A DNA stretch of 56,846 bases from the IMG/VR virus record IMGVR_UViG_3300045988_088058, positions 1-56,846 of that record. One strand, given 5' to 3'. The DNA comes from a virus. Under the pieces are notes generated by a model, which saw nothing but the letters and a program-made list of their open reading frames with translations, did not search any database and was not told the DNA's origin. This document shows, piece by piece, positions 9,218-19,300 of this stretch. Within the stretch, counting starts at the first letter, position 1, and each line of letters starts with the position of its first letter. Position numbers and translations under genes: made by a program.

Positions 9218-9428
9218 CTAAATACCTTTCAATTATTTTGCATTGCTCCTTGTTGAGCAGTTTGTCAAGTTTTAAAATTCTAGTTGCCAGATTTTCTGGA
9301 ATTTGAAGAAGCTCTGCCAGCTCTTTAGGTGACATATTCAGCTCTTGAGCCAGCTCTAGTGCAGTTTTCCTTCCGTTCCTGTCAGGCTTCCTTTTAGTGT
9401 CTTTCCTTAATATGGAGATAGTTTTCAT
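9198..9428 (-). CDS. Small HTH protein
   Basis: Likely starts at the internal Met MKTISILRK; ALELAQELNMSPKELAELLQIPENLATRILKLDKLL is HTH-like. Confidence 0.6.
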   Translation of the reverse strand: MKTISILRKDTKRKPDRNGRKTALELAQELNMSPKELAELLQIPENLATRILKLDKLLNKEQCKIIERYLDEIRRR

Positions 9429-9429
9429 T

Positions 9430-11121
9430 CTATTTAAGCAGAATATCGAAAAGGTTACCAATCTTAGACTTCATTGGCTTACCGTCTACGATATAATCTG
9501 CAAGCTCTCCTTTCGATTCAATTAGGTCTTCTATACGCTCGTCGACTGTCCCTTTTGCAACTAGGGTATAAATTGTGACAGTATTCTTTGCGCCAATTCT
9601 ATGACACCTGTCCTCCGCCTGGTCCTTTTCAGCTCTAGTCCAAGGACTGTCTAGGAAAATAACGGTATCAGCTTTCGTCAAAGTGAACCCTGTCCCTAGC
9701 GCTCCAATAGTTCCAAGAATGACTGAAGGTTTTTCGTAGTTCATAAAATCTTCGATTTCTTTGAATTTGTCTTCCGTTGCTCCTGTCACTAAATTACATT
9801 TGACTTTTTTCGAAAGAAATTGGGTAAGCGGTTCGATAACCTTTTCCCAGTTGCTGAAAATTACGCAGGACTTTTCCTGCTGTATGCATTCTTCTACAAG
9901 TTCAATGCACCTTTCAAACTTGCTAGATTTTACATCTTGCGTGGTAAGAATTGAAGGATTTCCAGTAGCTTGTCTCAATCGAATTGTCTCGGACAAAGGG
10001 TTTGGCATGAGCTTTACCTTATCAATTTCTTCGACAAGTTTAGTCAAAACTTCCTTATAGATTTTTGACTGTTTCGAGTTCATGTCGACATATTCAGTGA
10101 CTCGAATCTTTTCAGGCAAGTCTAGAACTTCTTCCTTTGTTCTTCGAAGCATGTATTCATTCACAAGGTCGCGAAGTTCATTCAGGTTTCTATACCCTGT
10201 TATCTGGTTGAACTGGTCGACGATACAGTACCGCTCTTTGAACTGAGTCAAGGTATGATGTTCCGCTCCTAGCCATTTCATGACATTGAATACATCTATA
10301 GGATTATTCATTAAAGGAGTTCCTGTAAGGCCCATCTTGTAGTAACTCTGGAGCTTTTGAATTGAAGCCCCTTGCTTACTTGAAGGATTCTTACACTTGT
10401 GAATCTCGTCAATGATAACCATTCCAATTTCTCCGCTCTTTGTTAGTTCATTCAAGTATTTAATGAAGACAGCATCGCGAAGAGTCTCAACGTTGGTTAT
10501 AAGGAAAAATTCATCGTGGTCTGTAAGAAGGTCATCAGCTCGTTTAGAAACTCCGTCAATCACTAATTTTCCATCTTTGGTGACGCGACTTCCTAAAATA
10601 TGAGCAGATTCATTTGAGTGAACGCCTACTTCTTTTGCCCAATTCCATTTTAGACCGGATATGCAGCATACTATCAAACAGTGCTTGAAACTAGACTTTC
10701 TGCTAACAGCAATATCAATTGCCTGTTTAGTTTTTCCTAATCCTTGCTCGTCGCCTAAAAGGAAACACGGATGGTCTTTTGCATATTCGAAACATTCAAC
10801 CTGATGAGCGAAAGGAACAGTTTTGAATGAAAACTGGTCATTGCTCGAAGACGCGATTTCATTGCGCGAGTTGATATAGTTTTGAATGTCCTTGTCAAGC
10901 TCTCCGAATATATGAAGCTCCCATTCATCTAAGGCGTCTAAAACATTGTTGAAATAACGATAAGGAATTTCGAAATTATTAGAAGCCGTCTCAACAACTT
11001 TGGGCAAGCTAGATATCTTATCTGCCATTCTTATTGCATCTTCGTCAGTGCTTGCCCAAGTTTCAATGAAGATAGTTCGACCACGTCTTTCTTTTGAGCG
11101 TGCTATAACTATTTCAATCAT
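9430..11121 (-). CDS. SNF2-family DEAD/DEAH helicase
   Basis: LLGDEQGLGKTKQAIDIA, VIIDEIHKCKNP, LTGTPLMNNP, FLDSPWTRAEKDQAEDRCHRIGAKNTVTIYTL. Confidence 0.95.
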   Translation of the reverse strand: MIEIVIARSKERRGRTIFIETWASTDEDAIRMADKISSLPKVVETASNNFEIPYRYFNNVLDALDEWELHIFGELDKDIQNYINSRNEIASSSNDQFSFKTVPFAHQVECFEYAKDHPCFLLGDEQGLGKTKQAIDIAVSRKSSFKHCLIVCCISGLKWNWAKEVGVHSNESAHILGSRVTKDGKLVIDGVSKRADDLLTDHDEFFLITNVETLRDAVFIKYLNELTKSGEIGMVIIDEIHKCKNPSSKQGASIQKLQSYYKMGLTGTPLMNNPIDVFNVMKWLGAEHHTLTQFKERYCIVDQFNQITGYRNLNELRDLVNEYMLRRTKEEVLDLPEKIRVTEYVDMNSKQSKIYKEVLTKLVEEIDKVKLMPNPLSETIRLRQATGNPSILTTQDVKSSKFERCIELVEECIQQEKSCVIFSNWEKVIEPLTQFLSKKVKCNLVTGATEDKFKEIEDFMNYEKPSVILGTIGALGTGFTLTKADTVIFLDSPWTRAEKDQAEDRCHRIGAKNTVTIYTLVAKGTVDERIEDLIESKGELADYIVDGKPMKSKIGNLFDILLK

Positions 11122-11789
11122 AGTGAGGAAAGGTGAGAAGCTTCAATAAGCTCCATTGCGGTGTCGAGGTCAGACTCTGTGACAATTTTGAAAATTCCGT
11201 CAATTGCCCATTCGTACGATGCAGGAGCGATTGATGCAAGAAGTTTTTTCTGATCTTCTGTCAACCCTTTTGCACGAATTCCGATTGAAACACCTTTTCG
11301 AGTTTCTTCGATAGTAACGAAGTTCTTCTTAGTTCGGTAGGCGATGTAAGACTGAGTCACGATTCGATTGCTTGCAGGAAATGCTTCAGCAATTCGATTT
11401 TCAAGAGTTTTAGTGATAGCCATAACGCTCTCTTTTTTAGGAGCAGGTTTTCGAACAGTTGACTTTTCACTAATAGAGCCGACTTCTTCCGGCTGTTCTT
11501 TAACTTCAGGAATTTCTTCTTTAATAGCTTCCTTCTTAGTCTTAGGTACTACTCTACCTTTTCGAGCAGGTCGAGCAACTGCAGGAGCAGGTTTCTTTTC
11601 CTCACCCTCTGCTGTGTACCAACGTTCGATAGTTGAAGCGGATAAAGTAGTAACTGCGTCATCTACTAAAGATTTTAGCTCGGCTTTCTTCTCGTCCGCT
11701 TTAATTGAAACGACTTCGAATTGAGTAGAAGTTTTCTTACTTAAAATGATGCTTCCTTCTGTAAGCTCGCTGAATTTAATTTTTGACAT
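11118..11789 (-). CDS. Hypothetical protein with C-terminal DUF5655-like domain
   Basis: Probable start MSKIKFSELTEG after GAGGACATT; C-terminus NRIVTQSYIAYRTKKNFVTIEE...ESDLDTAMELIEASH. Confidence 0.65.
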   Translation of the reverse strand: MSKIKFSELTEGSIILSKKTSTQFEVVSIKADEKKAELKSLVDDAVTTLSASTIERWYTAEGEEKKPAPAVARPARKGRVVPKTKKEAIKEEIPEVKEQPEEVGSISEKSTVRKPAPKKESVMAITKTLENRIAEAFPASNRIVTQSYIAYRTKKNFVTIEETRKGVSIGIRAKGLTEDQKKLLASIAPASYEWAIDGIFKIVTESDLDTAMELIEASHLSSL

Positions 11790-11831
11790 AATGTCCTCCT
11801 CGCCTTTCGGCTTTTTTATTTTTATAATTGT

Positions 11832-11860
11832 ATTATACAATAATGAATGAATAAAGTCAA
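11832..11860 (-). promoter_or_regulatory. Class A promoter (TTGACT-N17-TATAAT)
   Basis: Reverse strand GCTTGACTTTATTCATTCATTATTGTATAAT with upstream AAGTTGAACTT-type element. Confidence 0.85.
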
Positions 11861-11887
11861 GCACTTTTTGTAAAAAAGTTGAACTTT

Positions 11888-11923
11888 AAAAAAAATAAAA
11901 ACACCCTACAGATTTGCAGGGTG
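11888..11923 (-). terminator. Rho-independent terminator
   Basis: Reverse strand CACCCTGCAAATCTGTAGGGTG then TTTTTATTTTTTTT. Confidence 0.85.
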
Positions 11924-12007
11924 GAAAGGGTCATATCAACCAACGTGTTGACAGTTTTATTATAAGAAAATGTTTTTAATAAGTAAATAGAGTAATATAT
12001 GACACAA

Positions 12008-12037
12008 AATCCCGCAAGGTTTGAACCATACGGGATT
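12008..12037 (-). terminator. Compound hairpin downstream of lysis genes
   Basis: AATCCCG..GGTT..AACC..CGGGATT. Confidence 0.45.
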
Positions 12038-12053
12038 GAGAGATACATTTTAG

Positions 12054-12076
12054 AAAAGAGACTCCTCCTCTCTTTT
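12054..12076 (-). terminator. Hairpin at the end of gene 12076-12441
   Basis: AAAAGAGA-ggaggag-TCTCTTTT. Confidence 0.45.
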
Positions 12077-12441
12077 TATAGATGCCAGTCCTCTGGCGAT
12101 ACAAGGTAGGTCGTATGGCCTACAAGGTCAATCTTAGTTCCAGGAGCAGGCATACCTACTGCGTTCACTAAAACATTTCCGCTTTCCAAAATAATGTAAT
12201 CAAGTTTTGCATTAGGCAAAATTTGACCATTTCGTAGAACTGCGCAAGAGATAAGCACGTTGTGCATAGGTCGAAAACCTTCTACGATTTTACGTCCGAT
12301 AGCATAGGTACCATTCTTATACGCTGTTCCTTGAGTGTTCAAGAATGCGTAGCACTCACCCTCTTCATTTCGTTGAAGGTAAATCTTTTCGCCGTTCAAT
12401 AGTTTGAAGTTTCCTTCAGCGTTTTCACTTACTTTCGACAT
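12076..12441 (-). CDS. Hypothetical protein downstream of the lysin
   Basis: 121 aa ORF in the lysis operon. Confidence 0.75.
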   Translation of the reverse strand: MSKVSENAEGNFKLLNGEKIYLQRNEEGECYAFLNTQGTAYKNGTYAIGRKIVEGFRPMHNVLISCAVLRNGQILPNAKLDYIILESGNVLVNAVGMPAPGTKIDLVGHTTYLVSPEDWHL

Positions 12442-13339
12442 TTGACTCTCCTTGTCTAGTTGTGATAAGTCCGTCAGGTTCTACCCTGAATGCTTCTTTG
12501 TCGGCCATACGTCCGTCTTCTAATAGCATGTAGTAACCGCCATTATATGGAACGAATGTACTTGACTTCATGTCCCCGTTGGTAGCATCACAATAATACC
12601 AGTTATCGTAATACTTGATCCAGCCGGTTTGCATTGAACCGTCGCGGTTGAAGTAGTACCATACTCCAGCGATGCGCTTCCATGACGTAGCCATGTAGCC
12701 ATCTTTATCAAACCAATACCATTTACCATCGGTATGTTTGAGCCATTTTTCGGAGTACATATAGCCTGACTCGTCAAAGTAGAACCACGATTTATTGTCT
12801 TCGATATATTCGAACTGACCTTTTGGATAAGTTCCATTAGGGCGAACGTACCAAAAACCAGTGTCGTCCTTTTGCCAACCACGTTTAGGTTCAGCGGCTT
12901 GCTTGCCTGCATTAGTTAAACGATAAACGTAGAAATAAGGACGACCAGCAGCGAGCCAGCGTTCATCGTGGTCATTTACGGAGATCCCGTCATACGCCCA
13001 ATTACAGTGAATGATATTATCACTGTCAATGAACATACCTGTATGACCACCTGCACCAGATGAATACCCTTTACGGCCCCAGATGAAGATATCTCCACGT
13101 TGGGCGTCCCAAGGTTGGTTCTCACTAATTAGTTCATAACCGTTCTTTTCGAGCCAACCATGCTCGTATTCGGTATTGACTGCCCATCCTGCTGAGACGG
13201 CACCGCCGCTTAGCAAAGCATAGTAGATAGCACTTGAACAGTCATAAGAGTCTGGACCGTTTCGGTAGTCCATGCTATAAGATACTTGCCCCTTGCGGGC
13301 TTGCATCCAAGCAATACCTTCATCAATATTTACTCCCAT
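12425..13339 (-). CDS. pal: Endolysin: Pal-like N-acetylmuramoyl-L-alanine amidase with choline-binding repeats
   Basis: [42 protein letters not shown] start as in Dp-1 Pal; repeated [28 protein letters not shown] repeats. Confidence 0.97.
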   Translation of the reverse strand: MGVNIDEGIAWMQARKGQVSYSMDYRNGPDSYDCSSAIYYALLSGGAVSAGWAVNTEYEHGWLEKNGYELISENQPWDAQRGDIFIWGRKGYSSGAGGHTGMFIDSDNIIHCNWAYDGISVNDHDERWLAAGRPYFYVYRLTNAGKQAAEPKRGWQKDDTGFWYVRPNGTYPKGQFEYIEDNKSWFYFDESGYMYSEKWLKHTDGKWYWFDKDGYMATSWKRIAGVWYYFNRDGSMQTGWIKYYDNWYYCDATNGDMKSSTFVPYNGGYYMLLEDGRMADKEAFRVEPDGLITTRQGESNVESK

Positions 13340-13569
13340 TAGGCCTCCTGATCGTTTTCAGCTGCGGCTTCCTGTTCCTTTTGGTAGTTCTTGCTAGAAA
13401 CACCAAGGACAGTACCTGCGAAGGTAGCCACAAGAGCAATCGTTCCAGTGATAGCGTCTGTATCAAATTTATACAGAATACCCAAACCAGTAATCAGTGC
13501 AATCGCTGCTGGGACTACTACGGTTACGGTGCGTTTCGCTACGTCGTATTGTTCGTTAGATAGCTTCAT
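13339..13569 (-). CDS. Holin
   Basis: 76 aa, hydrophobic segments [17 protein letters not shown] and [18 protein letters not shown], directly upstream of the lysin. Confidence 0.85.
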   Translation of the reverse strand: MKLSNEQYDVAKRTVTVVVPAAIALITGLGILYKFDTDAITGTIALVATFAGTVLGVSSKNYQKEQEAAAENDQEA

Positions 13570-13990
13570 TTATATCCTCATCCTCTCTAATTGGTAACTC
13601 CTTGTATTTATCAAACAAGGCTTCGACTTCACCATTACCTCCGAGATTTTTATAACTTTCGAACAAAATAGACAATTCTCTAAAGTGGTCTAAAGTTGTA
13701 TATCCTCGCATGACCTCGCGTTTTAGGTCGTGATAAAGACGGTAACGTTGAATCTTCCTAGTTCCGTCTTGTATGACGTCATTTTGGTGATTGATTGCTA
13801 CTGTCGTTTGGTCGATCCCGTCGACTTGTTGTTTTAGAGTGCTAAGGGTACTAGAGATATCCTCTAATACCTCTTTAGCTTTATTCGATTTCCATTCGAA
13901 TAACTTGTTCAACAGGACAGTAAGCACTCCGCTACACGCTGTGATAATTGTCGTTAGGACGGCCGTGTCTTTTAGCCACATTGGTATCAT
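13556..13990 (-). CDS. Lysis-cassette membrane protein (N-terminal TM, coiled-coil)
   Basis: TM DTAVLTTIITACSGVLTVLLNKLF, adjacent to the holin. Confidence 0.7.
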   Translation of the reverse strand: MIPMWLKDTAVLTTIITACSGVLTVLLNKLFEWKSNKAKEVLEDISSTLSTLKQQVDGIDQTTVAINHQNDVIQDGTRKIQRYRLYHDLKREVMRGYTTLDHFRELSILFESYKNLGGNGEVEALFDKYKELPIREDEDINEAI

Positions 13991-14001
13991 CCTAACCCTC
14001 C

Positions 14002-14271
14002 TTATCCAGCGGCTCCAGCTTCTTCAGTCTTAGACTGTTCAGCTAAAATTTCATCTTCGATTGCGTACCGAGCTTCACGCAATTTTTGTTCGTCGCCTCG
14101 AAGTTCTCCGCGGTTAGCAGCGTATAGATCTGCGTCGTGCATTGTCTCGGATACTTGCGAAACGGCGTTGGCGTCAATATTGATAATTGTAGTTTTAACA
14201 ATTTTCTTTTCACCGCCTTGGGCTACGGAAAACTCAGCTACAATTTGTCGCGTCTTTGTAAGTTCTAACAT
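14002..14271 (-). CDS. Conserved streptococcal phage protein of unknown function
   Basis: 89 aa ORF between tail fibre and holin genes. Confidence 0.65.
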   Translation of the reverse strand: MLELTKTRQIVAEFSVAQGGEKKIVKTTIINIDANAVSQVSETMHDADLYAANRGELRGDEQKLREARYAIEDEILAEQSKTEEAGAAG

Positions 14272-14297
14272 CTTTAGTCACCTCCTTTCTATGAATT

Positions 14298-14326
14298 ATT
14301 ATAACATGATTTCATTCTAATTTAAA
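14298..14326 (-). promoter_or_regulatory. Extended -10 promoter of the lysis cassette
   Basis: Reverse strand TTTAAA-17-TATAAT with perfect TGTTATAAT. Confidence 0.6.
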
Positions 14327-16379
14327 TACGAAAACTGATATTATCTAAATTTAACCATTTATTATCTACCTGAGATTTTACCACTAATCGCCCATCGGGA
14401 TATACTCCTAAAATAGCATTTCCGTAGTCGTTATTCAGCGCTTGTAGATACATTGAACTTCGAGGTCTAAATCCTTCGGGAAGCATTGCGATAGTAGTCT
14501 CGGAACTGGTTGAACCTTTCCATACATTACCTTTTAGATAAACGATTCCATCAATGGACTTGGTGTAAAAGGCGTCCCCATAGTTTGTATAGTGGTTCCA
14601 GCCGTTTTGAAGAACTAATTTTTGCCAGCTATACTGTTCCATGTCCTGTTTAAATAAGAACTCCTTCCAGTTACCCGGTCTCCATCTACCGCCGTCATTT
14701 GCCGTGCGTAGAAACATTCTCCCGGACATTGCAGCGAAGAACTGAACCATTTTCCAGCTATCTAACCAGAAATTTTGAAATAGTCCCCACTCACCTCGCG
14801 TTCCTGTAGGATTGTCTTCGTATTTGTTACTTCGCCATGCAAACTCTGTAGCACGTTTGTTCCATACGTCGTTATGCTGACCAGCGTTCAATGCTCCATC
14901 TGGATTAGTGAGACGATGCTGCTGGATCTGTTGTCCGCGAGCGTAGATATCACCTCCGGCGTAGATGTTACCCCTTGCGTCAATAGAGCCGGGTGTTCCT
15001 TGTTCTACAATCTTACCAACTCCTAGCCGTCCGTCCTTGTCATAGTGTAGGACTACTGATTCAGTTGCTACCGTAGCACTAAATTCAGTTGACGTGAACC
15101 TGTCTTGGATTTTAGCTTTAACTATATAAGACTTATCTGGTCCGTAAGTACCAGCTAAATTAGCCGAGGAGTTAGTCAGCAGGGATATAGTAGTGAACGT
15201 CCCAGACGCTGAACCTCTATCTTCTACAAAGTTAGTAGAGTTCAGGGGTGCCACGGAGAAGGTAATTTGCATGATATTTTTCTGCGTACCTCCTACCGTT
15301 ATAGGTGCGACCTTAGCATTTCGAAGAGCTTGAATAATGGCAGGATTTTGACGAGTACGTTGAACGGAAAAATTGATAGACGGACCATAGTATTCAATGA
15401 CATTGATTTGAACATTTTGGACGTTCGATTGTTTTCCTCGCGTATCCGTTACCCAAGCTCTTACGGTAGCTGAACCATTAAAGTTCATCATCCCTAACTT
15501 ACCGCCGTTTTCATTGACCGCTAAGTTCTTACCAACGAGTTCGGCGTGAAATGCTTGGATAGTGGAGCCGTAGGCGCCGGAAGCATTGTTGAAGTTGACT
15601 TGAATGTTCGACATAATTTGAAGGAAGTTGTTACCTGTCAAAATTTGTCGAACCGCTGAACTAGTTTCTACTAAAGAAACTCCGGAAAAAGTAGGTCTTA
15701 CTGAATCAGGAATATTGAACTTCCATCCATTAGAATAGAAGTCACTGCCAATTTGCGTCGTACCGTTATAGGTTCGAATACAGATGTCCATAACTCCGGA
15801 ACTGGATTTAGGTAAGTATCTTGCTAAGTCCAGTGAAGGAGTGAAGGAAACGCTAGTAGTATGGTTCTTACCTAAATCAATCCAATCACTACCGAAAACT
15901 CGGTACCAAACTTGATGCGTAAATGAGTTCACTTTTCGATTGAAAATAATCGTATGTAAAGATCCTAGATCGCGATTTCCTTCAAAACTTGAAATCTGTG
16001 TAGACCTTGGAATAGCGTCCAAGGTGTAATTAGTAGAGATAGTGATATTTCCGTGAACGCCGTTATTCGGGTCAAAGGAAGCCCAAACAGACATCGTCTT
16101 AGTCCCGTCACTATTGTGAGGAACGGTCACTTCTCCACTTGCAAGCGTTACCTCTTCGCCGGACGTATCGTAGTCAGGGTGACTGCTATGAACACTTGAA
16201 CCATTTAACCATACGGAAAGGTTACTGATATTTCCGTAAGTCCATGTTCGATAAGCTCCGTCGCGGTCAATAGTAGCACGCCACCTAACCTTTGAAGAGT
16301 TATTAGTGACGTCCTGACTAATTTGGTCGACGTAAAGATTTAAGTGAAGAGGTCCATATGAGTTGATAAATTTTGTCAT
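14322..16379 (-). CDS. Tail fibre/baseplate protein (DUF859-like)
   Basis: 685 aa, repeated beta-domains, C-terminal EFLFKQDME...GWNHYTNYGDAFYTKSIDGIVYLKGNV. Confidence 0.8.
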   Translation of the reverse strand: MTKFINSYGPLHLNLYVDQISQDVTNNSSKVRWRATIDRDGAYRTWTYGNISNLSVWLNGSSVHSSHPDYDTSGEEVTLASGEVTVPHNSDGTKTMSVWASFDPNNGVHGNITISTNYTLDAIPRSTQISSFEGNRDLGSLHTIIFNRKVNSFTHQVWYRVFGSDWIDLGKNHTTSVSFTPSLDLARYLPKSSSGVMDICIRTYNGTTQIGSDFYSNGWKFNIPDSVRPTFSGVSLVETSSAVRQILTGNNFLQIMSNIQVNFNNASGAYGSTIQAFHAELVGKNLAVNENGGKLGMMNFNGSATVRAWVTDTRGKQSNVQNVQINVIEYYGPSINFSVQRTRQNPAIIQALRNAKVAPITVGGTQKNIMQITFSVAPLNSTNFVEDRGSASGTFTTISLLTNSSANLAGTYGPDKSYIVKAKIQDRFTSTEFSATVATESVVLHYDKDGRLGVGKIVEQGTPGSIDARGNIYAGGDIYARGQQIQQHRLTNPDGALNAGQHNDVWNKRATEFAWRSNKYEDNPTGTRGEWGLFQNFWLDSWKMVQFFAAMSGRMFLRTANDGGRWRPGNWKEFLFKQDMEQYSWQKLVLQNGWNHYTNYGDAFYTKSIDGIVYLKGNVWKGSTSSETTIAMLPEGFRPRSSMYLQALNNDYGNAILGVYPDGRLVVKSQVDNKWLNLDNISFRI

Positions 16380-16389
16380 TTCCTTCTCC

Positions 16390-19300
16390 TTATCCTACAT
16401 ACCGGATCACGTTCATGTCCGGATTAAAAGAGTATTGTTCGGTTCTAAAACGGCCGACTTGAATGGATTGGGTAAAGATCCCGTTATCGATGTGAATAAC
16501 CCCTTGGGTAAGGTACATGACTTCCTTACCTGCAGAGAACATAGATATTCGATCACTTGATACCTTAATGGTAGAGCTACCGTCGTTTTTACCGATAATC
16601 AATCCTTCATTAGAAGAGCTCATATAACTGTCGACGAACTTTTTCAGTTCTCGTAACCCGCCAAGTTCTTGGATAGTAGCTTCAATTCGACTTGCGGCTA
16701 AGATTAGGTCGGCTTCGGATTTTTTAATAGCTTCTTCATTAGCTTTCATTCGACCTTCATAAGCCTTTTCTAAGTTACTTAGCTGTTCCATGGTTGCCTT
16801 AGCTTTCAGTTCTGCGTCATGTAACTGAGTTTTTTCAGTTAAGGCTAGCAACTGTTGATCCGTTAGCTTTTGGTTAGCTTTCTCGTCTAACTGAGATTGA
16901 ATATCTTCTACGGCTAAAGACCAGTCCGTTGGTACGTTACCGAGTTCTAATTTCATGCCGCAGATTTCGATATTACCTGGACCGTTTTGACCGAACTGAA
17001 TACCGTTGTTTTCCGTGTCCGCGGTAAATGATAGACTGTATTTGACCCAATTCTTGTTACGGATAGTCTTAAAGAGTACCCTGTTAGTGTCGTTCACTGT
17101 CCAAGCTCTCATTAGTAAGTTCACGGTATCCTTTTCACTTGTAGAGCTTACACGAGCCCAGCAGGATACGGTATAACGTTGACCTATAATAAGTTTAACG
17201 TTTTGACCTAAATCCTTGTTACCGCCATTCGTGTTGTTCTTAACTCTAATACCTTTTAGGATCCCAGGTACTGGATAATTGTCCAAGGTTAAAACTTCCG
17301 CGGTTCCGTTACCTCCAGACCGGATGCTCCAAGTAGGACTGACTCCGTCCTTGATAGGTAGTGTAGCAGTATTTCGAAGTAAGTTTTGTGAACCGACTTG
17401 AACATTAGCAAGACGGTCAAACCATTTATACTTAGTTCGGTCGGTACTGTCAGCTTGTGTATAATCGGAGTAATAACCCATATATTGTTGATTACGGTCT
17501 TCTAAACTGAACTCACGTGACCCGTCTGCGCTCGATGCGTAAGCTATATGGAAATAATTCGTCTTACCGTCTGCACCTGGCTTCCCTGGTATCCCTTGCG
17601 CTCCGTCATTACCCTTCCACTTCGTCCAGCGATAAGCTGCAGGGTCTTTTGAATGTTCTGGATTAAAATCCTGATACTGCCCAATGTAAGCTCGCCCTTG
17701 ATCCGTGTGACTAAATCCTTCACCATTAGGACTATCCGAGAACGCGATATGGGTATATTGCGAACGCCCATCACGTCCAGTAGGTCCAGGAATACCTTGT
17801 AACCCTTGCGGACCTTGTAACCCTTGTAGACCTCTTGGACCCGTTTCGCCGATTTTAGATACGGAATAACCAGTCTCGTTCGTGTTGTCTGTGTACGTCC
17901 AAACAGTCTTTGTCCAAAGGAAAAAGCCGGGTTGAACGTTTGGAATGTTCGAAGTCCAGTTCGTTGTAGGTGGAACAGTCCCAGAGGTAGAACCTGCATA
18001 GGTAATCGTCGTAGACTTGATCCCAACTCCATCCTTACCCGCTATACCATCACGTCCATTATTTCCGTCGCGTGGAATATAGGTCTTTTGGTAGCCAGTT
18101 TCATTAGTGTTGTCCGTGTAGGTCCAAATGGTTCGAGTCCATAGGTACTGACCTTTTATAAGCGCAGGAACTTGACTTGTCCAAGATCCAGGTTGAACAG
18201 TATCATTCATACTAATACCGTACATCACTGAAGTATTTTTTAGTCCTAGTCCGTTCTTACCTGGAACTCCATCACGTCCTGGATCTCCTTTAGCTCCGTC
18301 CTGTCCATTACGAGATACTGAATATCCCGTTTCGGTAGTTTTGTCCGTATAGCGCCAGGTTGTCTTCGTCCAAAGATAATGTCCTTGAGGGACAGTAGGG
18401 ACTTGAGTTGACCAACCTCCAGCAGGCGCAATAGTCGCGGAGTTCGAACTTGCGTACATAATTTCAGTAGCAGCTATACCGACTCCGTCTTTACCTGCGA
18501 TACCGTCTTTACCAGTGTTCCCATCTTGTCCAATATAGGCAACTGAATATCCAGTTTCATGCGCTCCGTCAGTATATCGCCAAAAGGTTTTCGTCCACAA
18601 GAAGCGTCCTTTGATTAGTTCAGGAACTTGTTCACTCCAACCACTTTCAGGCTCCTGCGTACCGGAGACGGACACGGCATAGGTAATCGAAGTATCTGCT
18701 ATACCTACTCCGTTCTTCCCTGCAACTCCGTCCACGCCGTCGCGTCCTGGAGTTCCTTGTTCTCCCTGAGGACCTTCCGGTCCTTGTAACTTAACCCAAG
18801 TGAAGTCGTCTGGGACAAGTTCATTAGGGTGTTTGGTTGTCGAAATAACCCCGATATACTTCCCGGATTCGGCGTTGAAGTTAGTTCCTAAGATATCGTC
18901 TGCGTACCTAATAACGACATGGGACTCCGTTTCAAGCTCTCCAGCTAATACACCCTCGCCGTCTTCGTTCAGTAAGTCCATCAAGTCCCGTCTTGGATCT
19001 TGGAACGTCAAAACAGACTGAGATAGGTCGTCATAGTCGATTTTTCGAGAAGAAATCTTGCGCCATTCGATAACACTATAATGGTCATCGACAATCAATT
19101 GAGTGTGATGTAGGTCGGGGATCTTTTTATACAAGACCGCTGAAGCCTCATACCCAATCAAAGGGCGACAGTAAATATCCAAGTAAGCCCTAGCAGCACT
19201 CATTAGATTTTCCTTAATCTTAAAACGTTCATCGCTTTTAGACTTTGCAATGTAGCGAGGACGCATTTGACGTGCAGTAAACCACGAGACGTCAATAAGG

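Noticed and set aside
11857-12048. - strand ORF 11857-12048 (63 aa)
   Set aside because: Covers terminator hairpins and promoter sequence; no RBS.
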